In this document: positions 57,409-64,000 of the stretch, one piece after another
Layout of the letters: every line of letters begins with the position of its first letter
Position numbering within the stretch: position 1 is the stretch's first letter
From: a virus
Lineage: Duplodnaviria; Caudoviricetes
DNA length: 64,000 nucleotides
Virus record (IMG/VR): IMGVR_UViG_3300037634_006988
Span: 1-64,000 of that record
Strand: one strand, 5' to 3'
The notes under the pieces: model-generated
Databases searched by the model: none
What the model saw: only the letters and a program-made list of their open reading frames with translations
What the model was told of the DNA's origin: nothing
Made by a program: the position numbers and the translations under genes

Positions 57409-58740
57409 CTATTGTATAACATTCAATATATTTGGAGGAGGCTCGATTGAAGGTGCGGGGGGCTCATCTCGCATATCACCAAAACCACCAACTTGAGATG
57501 AGTCTGCTAATCTTTCGCACAATAACAAATCATACTTGGCTTTAAAATAAGCTTGCTGTGCTCTTAATTCAATATTTGTAAAATGTTCCGTTTCCCAAAA
57601 CTCATTAGTATACTCATCAGCTGTTTCCCAATTTACATTTTTATGTAATCGATGGTCATAAAACGCAGTACCAGGATATGGACACAAAATAGTAAATCCA
57701 ACCACATCTGGCCTAATTTCATCAATTAACTGTTCAGTTAACAATAGATCTTCTCTGGTTTCGTTAGGCATTCCAAACAAAAAGAATCCTCGTCTTTCTA
57801 TATTGTATTTTTTAGCCCATGCAAAAGCTTTTTTTACAGTTTTAACCTTTAACCCTTTACCAATATCTTTTAAGATACTATCGCTTCCACTTTCTACTCC
57901 CATATTTACTTGATGGCACTGAGATTTTTTTAACCATTTAAACATTTCTTCAGTAGTAAAACTACAGTGGATTAAGCATTCCCATTCAGTTGTTATACCT
58001 CTTTTAATTTTTTCTTTACAAAATTCAATCACAAAGTCTGGACTAATATCAAAAGTTGCATCAACAAATTTAAAATAATCTAAATCCAATTGTTTTATCA
58101 CATATTCAATTTCATCACAAAGTTCTGAAACTTTTCTCGATCTTATTGGATTATCTCTTTTACTAAATCTACCAGAAATAACTCTTTCTGCGCAAAAAGC
58201 ACAATTAACTGGGCACACTCTGTTACATTGAAATGAGGCGATTCTTTTACCGTTCATAGATTCGCATAAATCTACTGTTCTATAATTCTTAATTATTTCT
58301 CTATCTGGCCAAGGCAATTCTTGCATGGGAGCTTTGGTTCCTTGAATAATAGCATCAGTTTTACCATTAACAATATCTAAAAAAACTTCTTCTCCTTCTC
58401 CAATCACAACCTGGTCAACTTCGTCATATGCAGCGCATTCACATGGCAGAGCAGATACATGAAAACCACCAAATACTTTTCTCGTTTGAGGACTTTTTTC
58501 TTTTATAACCTTTGCTAATCTTAATGCATGAGGCCAAGCAGGGGAAGTGCAAGAAAATCCAACTACATCAGCCCCAATACATGCTTCAATAATAGTTTCA
58601 TCAGTGTCAAAATTACCTTGAAAGCATTTCAGGTCTAATTCTCCTTTAAAATGCTTCTTTAAATAACCAGCAATAAAACCTAATCCAATAGGTTCCCAAA
58701 TATTTTCATAATATGGTTGTACTAAAACTACTTTTTTCAT
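57409..58740 (-). CDS. cobalamin-binding radical SAM enzyme
   Basis: B12-binding domain VGFSCTSP...FGGFHVSALP...VVIGEGEE; CPVNCAFC (CxxxCxxC); GVESGS; PYPGTAFY. Confidence 0.88.
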   Translation of the reverse strand: MKKVVLVQPYYENIWEPIGLGFIAGYLKKHFKGELDLKCFQGNFDTDETIIEACIGADVVGFSCTSPAWPHALRLAKVIKEKSPQTRKVFGGFHVSALPCECAAYDEVDQVVIGEGEEVFLDIVNGKTDAIIQGTKAPMQELPWPDREIIKNYRTVDLCESMNGKRIASFQCNRVCPVNCAFCAERVISGRFSKRDNPIRSRKVSELCDEIEYVIKQLDLDYFKFVDATFDISPDFVIEFCKEKIKRGITTEWECLIHCSFTTEEMFKWLKKSQCHQVNMGVESGSDSILKDIGKGLKVKTVKKAFAWAKKYNIERRGFFLFGMPNETREDLLLTEQLIDEIRPDVVGFTILCPYPGTAFYDHRLHKNVNWETADEYTNEFWETEHFTNIELRAQQAYFKAKYDLLLCERLADSSQVGGFGDMRDEPPAPSIEPPPNILNVIQ

Positions 58741-59372
58741 CTGTTTGCTTCTGTATATACTTTGTATTTTGATAAATCCTGATATTCGATTTCCAAATCC
58801 TCATTATCATCTCCAATACCTAGCATCAATACACACCCCTTTGCAGCTATCTCAGGCAACATATAATAATTCCAACCAAGCATATCAAAACTTTCCTCTA
58901 AAGCTCCCACTGCATGTCTTCCAAAATATCTTGCTCGCTTTAACCATTCACACGCCTGTTTATCATCAGTTAAAATCATCCCACCTTTTCCTAATTTTAA
59001 AAACTTATGAACTCCGCTAAAAGATAAACACTGAAGTTGCCCAAGAATATACATATTTTTCTTAAAAGTCAAAGCACTATCCCAAATGGGAAATGGTTCT
59101 AATTTATATTGGCCTTTTAATTTTTTTCCTTTTATTGCCGGATGTTCATTGTTAAACTTAACTTTATTGCCAGCATGTATTATGGCACATGGGACTGACA
59201 TATATGTTCTAGCAGGAATGGTAATCTCTTCATTATCTAATTGAAGATATTTCATACACAAAAATAATGCATTGGTTGCATTATCAACAGCAATTGCATA
59301 TTTCGCTCCACAATATTCTGCTATAATTTCTTCAAACGTGTTTACTACTGTAAAAGCATGATCATGTTTCAT
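58737..59372 (-). CDS. short DegT/DnrJ/EryC1/StrS-family aminotransferase
   Basis: FEEIIAEYCGAKYAIAVDNATNAL, IPARTYMSV, WDSA and SFSGVHKFLKLGKGGMILTDD motifs; only 211 aa. Confidence 0.8.
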   Translation of the reverse strand: MKHDHAFTVVNTFEEIIAEYCGAKYAIAVDNATNALFLCMKYLQLDNEEITIPARTYMSVPCAIIHAGNKVKFNNEHPAIKGKKLKGQYKLEPFPIWDSALTFKKNMYILGQLQCLSFSGVHKFLKLGKGGMILTDDKQACEWLKRARYFGRHAVGALEESFDMLGWNYYMLPEIAAKGCVLMLGIGDDNEDLEIEYQDLSKYKVYTEANR

Positions 59373-59384
59373 TTAATTTTCCTC

Positions 59385-59459
59385 CTAAATTCCATTGGAA
59401 TATAATCTATTATAATCTAATGTGAATTGCTCTAATTTGTTTTTTACACCTAATTTCAT
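59385..59459 (-). CDS. 24-aa micro-ORF (MKLGVKNKLEQFTLDYNRLYSNGI), possible gene remnant
   Basis: ATG overlaps the FkbM TGA; stop is adjacent to the AGGAGG SD of the next gene. Confidence 0.3.
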   Translation of the reverse strand: MKLGVKNKLEQFTLDYNRLYSNGI

Positions 59460-60187
59460 CTTTTATATTTTTCTTTGGGAACACAAAAATATTCAGCAAA
59501 ACTGGTAAATTCTTTGCAGCGACTGCCCGATTCATCAAAAACAGCATATTCTAATTCTGTAAACTTATTAAAATCAAAACCTCCATCTTCTATTTTCACA
59601 AAACCTGGATAACCTTTATGCTTACTTTCTCCTTCAATCCAAGCTCCTGGGTGATATCCAATTTGCCATATAGGTCTAGTATTTTCGAGAAGATTAGTCA
59701 TTCCATGCAACGCTACAGTTTCCATGCCTTCAATATCCATTTTTATCAAATCCGGCTTCTTCAAAGAGTGTTCAGCTATATAATCATCCAAACGAATATA
59801 TTCAATGTTTCTAGGTTCAGCAGGAGTGTCAGTGCAATCATTAAATTTGGTAAAAACAGTTTCATTTTTATTGCTAACTGCAAGAGGTAAAACGGTAATA
59901 TTATAGGGTTTTGAATTTATGATATTCCTGTCGTAATTATCAGGAAAACCTTCGAAAGCAATTACCTCCATTCCCTCTAATGACATTGGAATGGCATAAG
60001 TCCCGATATAAGAACCAATATCATATACAATACTGTTTGGTTTCAACAATCTAACGACTTTTTTAAAATTATGATCTGGTCGATTAAATAAAGTTCCTTT
60101 GAGAATAAATTTATCCATATTCCAACCAGAAGTTAATAAATTATAAAATTTTATTGTGTGTTCCTTGTATTTAATTTCTTTATCCAT
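59456..60187 (-). CDS. FkbM-family SAM methyltransferase
   Basis: VYDIGSYIGTY, VIAFEG, LAVSN, IRLDDY and LIKMDIEGME motifs. Confidence 0.88.
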   Translation of the reverse strand: MDKEIKYKEHTIKFYNLLTSGWNMDKFILKGTLFNRPDHNFKKVVRLLKPNSIVYDIGSYIGTYAIPMSLEGMEVIAFEGFPDNYDRNIINSKPYNITVLPLAVSNKNETVFTKFNDCTDTPAEPRNIEYIRLDDYIAEHSLKKPDLIKMDIEGMETVALHGMTNLLENTRPIWQIGYHPGAWIEGESKHKGYPGFVKIEDGGFDFNKFTELEYAVFDESGSRCKEFTSFAEYFCVPKEKYKR

Positions 60188-60295
60188 TAGGTTTTTCCTT
60201 TTGTGAGTTAATTTTGGTATTAATATGTTCTATTACTACATCTACATTCATTGCACCTAGTCCAAGGGAATTTCTTTTAATAATCTCTTCTTGTT

Positions 60296-61270
60296 TTATT
60301 TTGGGGCGGCCCCTACCGTAAAATAAAAATCTTGATGCTTCTGTAAATTATTTAAATACGATTCATATCTTGTCGCATTAGTAATAATATTAAAAAACTC
60401 ATTAAACATAAGTTCAAAATGATTCATCGCTTTAATATTAATCTTCCTCTCCTCTCCGATCGATGATGTTAAAACAATAGTTGTTTCTAGATTATCATGC
60501 TTAGAAAAAAATCTGTCAGCCCTTATTCTGTATTTTTCAGTCCAAATGTCTATCTCATTTCTATAACTTCTTCCCATTCCCCAATCCAAAAATGCAAATT
60601 CACCTGTTTTGAATTTAACAACACAATTTCCTTCAGTATCAACTTCATATTTTGACGATTGAATAATATTTGAATTTATACTTTCATAATCGTTGCCCAA
60701 TAATAATGAGGTGGTTTTTATCAAATAACATGCGACATCAAGAAACGCGCCGCCTCCTAAAGATTTTTGATATCTAATATTATCAGCATTTAAATGTGGA
60801 TAACCAAAGCGAGCAGTTAAAGTTCGAATCTTGCCAACATTAAATTTATCCAATATATTTTTTAATTCACAATATTGATCATGGTATTCAAACATAAATG
60901 ATTCAAAAATACATTTATTCACTTTTAATGCTTGAGATTTAAGCGTAAGGAAATCATTATAATTTGTAACCAGTGGTTTTTCACATATAACATGTTTATG
61001 GTTAGCTAAAGCCTCATAATTATATTTGAAATGACTATTGTTGGGCGACGAGATATATACACATTCTACACATTCATCTTCCAGGGCATCTTTGTAACTT
61101 TCATAAATATGATAATCATCTGTATTATAATTTCGTATTTTCTCGGGGGTCCGAAAATACAACCCTATAATTGTAAAATAGGGAGAAAGTTCTAATGCAG
61201 GAATAATATTCCGTAATGCATGTTCACCAACAAAAATTAATGCAATTTTAATTTTATCAAACGTGGGCAA
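60296..61270 (-). CDS. Gfo/Idh/MocA oxidoreductase, NDP-hexose 3-ketoreductase-like
   Basis: VYISSPNNSH, HVICEKPL and LGGGAFLDVACY motifs; adjacent to the 2,3-dehydratase. Confidence 0.82.
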   Translation of the reverse strand: MPTFDKIKIALIFVGEHALRNIIPALELSPYFTIIGLYFRTPEKIRNYNTDDYHIYESYKDALEDECVECVYISSPNNSHFKYNYEALANHKHVICEKPLVTNYNDFLTLKSQALKVNKCIFESFMFEYHDQYCELKNILDKFNVGKIRTLTARFGYPHLNADNIRYQKSLGGGAFLDVACYLIKTTSLLLGNDYESINSNIIQSSKYEVDTEGNCVVKFKTGEFAFLDWGMGRSYRNEIDIWTEKYRIRADRFFSKHDNLETTIVLTSSIGEERKINIKAMNHFELMFNEFFNIITNATRYESYLNNLQKHQDFYFTVGAAPK

Positions 61271-62039
61271 GAATACCCCTTATATGCGGATTTATCCAAG
61301 CATCTTCTCGCATTAAATGTTTAATTTGATAAAGACTAGCCCAAACAAAATTATCAGTAGGCAATTTTATTTTATGTGATTCGGGCAACTCTATTAAAAT
61401 ACCCCGATTTCTTTTGTTATATAATCTTCCTCCGTCTTCTGCCATCCACGCATCAAACAATACCTTAGAACCTTTCACAAAATTATCTTTATCAAAATAT
61501 TCAGTAAAATATGGTTTTCTTCCGCGATGACTTTGGTTTAAATTGGCAAATGTAGCTTGAATGGTCGGGCTCAGTTGCACATGACCATAATTTCCTGGCT
61601 CTGTTTTTGCCTCGCATAAATAGTGAGGAACACCATCAAATCTTTTTCGTATAATACCAAGAATGCCTCCATCATATCCCACTTGCTCTACAATGGGTTG
61701 ATCCCATCCATTATTGACTTCGCGACTTTTTATACTCACTTTCAATCCTCGTACTATAAAAAAATCATTGGAAAAGTGAGAAATATTTCCTGTTTTTGGG
61801 TCTATCGACCAATCTTTTAGTTTATTAATTCCCACTTCTTCTAGCTGCATAGTCGAAGAATTTCTTTTAGTTTCAAACCACTCTTTTAATTCTGCAAGCG
61901 TATAAAACAAAGACCAATCATTTAAAGCTTCAAAAGAAGCTTCTAAAGAATGTTCATAATTATTAGAGAAAGAAAGTGAACGAAAAAATGTTTTGTAATT
62001 TTCATAATCATTGATATATTTAACACTTTTGTTGTTCAT
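61257..62039 (-). CDS. NDP-hexose 2,3-dehydratase (single-domain)
   Basis: WDQPIVEQ, GILGI, EAKTEPGN, QLSPTIQAT and AEDGGRLY.KRNR motifs. Confidence 0.88.
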   Translation of the reverse strand: MNNKSVKYINDYENYKTFFRSLSFSNNYEHSLEASFEALNDWSLFYTLAELKEWFETKRNSSTMQLEEVGINKLKDWSIDPKTGNISHFSNDFFIVRGLKVSIKSREVNNGWDQPIVEQVGYDGGILGIIRKRFDGVPHYLCEAKTEPGNYGHVQLSPTIQATFANLNQSHRGRKPYFTEYFDKDNFVKGSKVLFDAWMAEDGGRLYNKRNRGILIELPESHKIKLPTDNFVWASLYQIKHLMREDAWINPHIRGILAHV

Positions 62040-62272
62040 TCATTGCCCCTTTCAGGAAACACCTCAATGCATAATACATTTATATCATGAATCAAAATGT
62101 GGCTGCCATTTAACAATTCGAAATGAGTAAATTGTCCTTGGCTAAGAGTGGAAGTAATAACTCCATTAAATGTTCGTTTACTTCCGTCCTTAAAATGAAT
62201 AATTTGTGTTACAATATCGCCAACATCTTTAACAGAAGATTGCAAATCTATTTTTTTATCATATGCTGGCAT
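62036..62272 (-). CDS. small hypothetical protein
   Basis: ORF track; overlaps both neighbours. Confidence 0.65.
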   Translation of the reverse strand: MPAYDKKIDLQSSVKDVGDIVTQIIHFKDGSKRTFNGVITSTLSQGQFTHFELLNGSHILIHDINVLCIEVFPERGNE

Positions 62273-62667
62273 TAGTCCCCCTTTATAATTCTATATGAAT
62301 CTTCATCAAAGTGTTGAGTCGAAAACTCAAAAAGCTCTGTATCTTCTAAAGCAATGATTTGGTGAACGCGGCCGGGAGGAACATGAAAATTATCGCCCTT
62401 TTCGAGAACTCGTCTCCCAGATGGACCTCGATGATGGACCACATCATTCCCAGCGGCTTTTGCTGTTTCCAAGTCGTCTGTCCACACAACCTTTATTTTG
62501 CCCGACTGAACATAAAAAACTTCATCTTTAAGTTTGTGATAGTGGAACGAACAACGTTTTCCTTTCGCGAAATAAAGTAGTTTTCCACAATATTTCTCAC
62601 TATTGCAAATCCATTTTTCAAAGCCCCAGCCTTTGGAAACAAATTTAATCGGTATAGAAGTCTGCAT
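62272..62667 (-). CDS. cupin-fold sugar isomerase/epimerase-like protein
   Basis: KGWGFEKW, SFHYHKLKDEVFYV and VPPGRVHQ cupin metal motifs. Confidence 0.8.
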   Translation of the reverse strand: MQTSIPIKFVSKGWGFEKWICNSEKYCGKLLYFAKGKRCSFHYHKLKDEVFYVQSGKIKVVWTDDLETAKAAGNDVVHHRGPSGRRVLEKGDNFHVPPGRVHQIIALEDTELFEFSTQHFDEDSYRIIKGD

Positions 62668-62965
62668 CTTTCATCCCCTTATCATCAACATAGATATCGC
62701 CATTAGGTTTTCCCAAAAATAATTTATGATGTTTTACATTCCAATCGCAAAGCTGTTTTTTTGTAAGTTCATAAAAAAGTCTATATGCTTGCGAAATATT
62801 ATTATTCGTGCGACCCATGCCTCTCGCAGTATAGTATATCACAGTATGTCCATCATTATAAAGAGAATTGTTTTTGTCAATTCTACCACGAAAAGGTTTT
62901 GCATCATTATAATCACCATTTGTGTGACTACAAATTGTTCCGTCTATATCAAATACATATACCAT
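62645..62965 (-). CDS. HAD-superfamily phosphatase (capsule-biosynthesis type)
   Basis: FDIDGTI, YTARG and GKP..DIYVDDK motifs. Confidence 0.85.
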   Translation of the reverse strand: MVYVFDIDGTICSHTNGDYNDAKPFRGRIDKNNSLYNDGHTVIYYTARGMGRTNNNISQAYRLFYELTKKQLCDWNVKHHKLFLGKPNGDIYVDDKGMKDADFYTD

Positions 62966-63734
62966 CTAAATCCTCCAATTTTATCGCGTAAGTCCCAAAT
63001 TTTTGAACTACAACACCACCACATTCATTAGCAAACTTAATAGAACGCTCCATATCACCTGTCATCAAATAGGCATATGCCAACGCCGCCAAGAATGTAT
63101 CTCCAGCCCCACAAACGTCAAAAATTTCCACTTTTTTCGTTGGAAACCTTTCTTCCTTATACAAGACCCCCTCCTCACCCAACGTCACAATTAATTCACA
63201 ATTTAGGGGAAAAAATGATGCTTCCTGATATTCTTTATTATTGATTTTCAGAATACAATTTTCATAACATGATAAATCCTTCTTCTTGCTATCAACAAAA
63301 ACCGGCAAATCTCCTGCTTTGGATAAAATACGCTTTATAATGTGAGCATCTAAAAGACCTTTGTCATAGTCAGAAATTACAATAGCGTTATATAACGCAA
63401 AATCAATAGAATTTAATGCCTCTTCGGACAAAACTTTCAATAACTGTTCTTCGCCCGAATCCACACGCAAAAGGTGTTGACGAGATTTAGTATCAATATA
63501 GCGAGACTTAATTATTGTTTTGTCGTTGGTGAGAAGTCCAACGGAAACATTGAGCCCCTCAAGGTTTGTTTTTACATTAAAAGCCATTCCTCCACTTTTT
63601 TCGGTTTTTAAAACCTTAAAAACTGGAACTGGGGCTTCTGGACTCATGCGGTCGCATGAACCATAGTGATAATGATCAACGCAAGAATCACCTATGAGAA
63701 GAATCTTTAAGTATTTGGGTTGTTGAGTATCCAT
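62949..63734 (-). CDS. rfaE: heptose-7-phosphate kinase (HldE/RfaE domain I, PfkB family); start reassigned to MDTQQ
   Basis: IGDSCVD...DRMSPEAPVPV, GGMAFNV, ISDYDKG, VTLGEEG and DVCGAGDTF motifs. Confidence 0.88.
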   Translation of the reverse strand: MDTQQPKYLKILLIGDSCVDHYHYGSCDRMSPEAPVPVFKVLKTEKSGGMAFNVKTNLEGLNVSVGLLTNDKTIIKSRYIDTKSRQHLLRVDSGEEQLLKVLSEEALNSIDFALYNAIVISDYDKGLLDAHIIKRILSKAGDLPVFVDSKKKDLSCYENCILKINNKEYQEASFFPLNCELIVTLGEEGVLYKEERFPTKKVEIFDVCGAGDTFLAALAYAYLMTGDMERSIKFANECGGVVVQKFGTYAIKLEDLDGICI

Positions 63735-63999
63735 TGATTCTTTCAAAAAATCTAACCTCTTTCGCATATTGCTCACCAACAATTGTTTTTCGTTGCCAAT
63801 CAGAACCAACTATCATAATATCTGGTGAAACTTTTTTGACAAGCATTTCAAGACCAAATGCATTGTTGAAGCTATAAACCTTATCTACATATCTCAAAGC
63901 TTTGAGAGTTTCCATTCTATCTTCTAGTTTGTTATATGGCCGGTCATCACCTTTATCGCACTTTACTTTTGCGTCCGAATCAACACCAACAATCAAAAT
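63688..63999 (-). CDS. nucleotidyltransferase (HldE domain II / TagD-like), N-terminus outside window
   Basis: LIVGVDSD...KGDDRPYN...RMETL...YVD...GSDW...GYSTTQI; the frame stays open to the window end. Confidence 0.85.
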   Translation of the reverse strand: MLIVGVDSDAKVKCDKGDDRPYNKLEDRMETLKALRYVDKVYSFNNAFGLEMLVKKVSPDIMIVGSDWQRKTIVGEQYAKEVRFFERINGYSTTQILKDSSHR

Positions 64000-64000
64000 G

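Noticed and set aside
2014-62991. Plus-strand ORFs of the ORF track (e.g. 8029..8493, 10329..10718, 25423..25749)
   Set aside because: All lie antisense to well-supported minus-strand genes, lack recognisable motifs, and are explained by codon bias (shadow ORFs).
1-64000. Giant eukaryotic virus (NCLDV) origin suggested by the Mre11-Rad50 fusion and sugar genes
   Set aside because: T4-like portal, terminase, prohead protease, gp6/gp25 baseplate, sigma factor, bS21, SD motifs and overlap-coupled operons all indicate a tailed bacteriophage.
1-64000. Stop-codon recoding
   Set aside because: Multi-kb ORFs are intact under code 11 and genes end in TAA, TGA and TAG; only one suspicious in-frame TAA was seen (17029).

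Overview
The whole 64 kb window reads as part of a large, AT-rich, lytic T4-like (myovirus-type) bacteriophage genome, with essentially every credible gene on the minus strand. In transcription order (64000 to 1) it contains five blocks. (i) A sugar-biosynthesis/glycosylation island (~54.3-64 kb): split HldE-type nucleotidyltransferase and kinase, HAD phosphatase, cupin, NDP-hexose 2,3-dehydratase plus 3-ketoreductase-like oxidoreductase, FkbM methyltransferase, short DegT aminotransferase, B12 radical SAM, GT-D, a truncated gmd, sulfotransferase, and GT8- and GT9-like transferases. (ii) A phage sigma factor and a long baseplate/tail block (gp25- and gp6-like genes, 2678-aa and 3044-aa proteins). 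(iii) A RuvC-like resolvase, a primase and a single-ORF Mre11-Rad50 (gp47-gp46) fusion. (iv) Clusters of small unrelated proteins sharing an N-terminal MKLTKSxLxxIIxEE peptide. (v) The head/packaging core (terminase, portal, prohead protease) followed by ribosomal protein bS21. The most striking unexplained structure is the signal-peptide-tagged cassette system. At least nine genes start with this peptide, which ends in the I/L-x-E pattern cut by T4-type prohead proteases. Its DNA forms direct repeats with a visible truncated stub and a 61-bp duplication, and its cargos include a pre-toxin-TG-like domain, a KOW-like barrel, a degenerate HNH domain and an acidic protein. A CTAWTTA motif precedes many gene starts and is a candidate promoter for the phage sigma factor. 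No tRNA, rRNA, CRISPR array, integrase or transposase was seen. All product calls come from motif recognition by eye; no database search was run.
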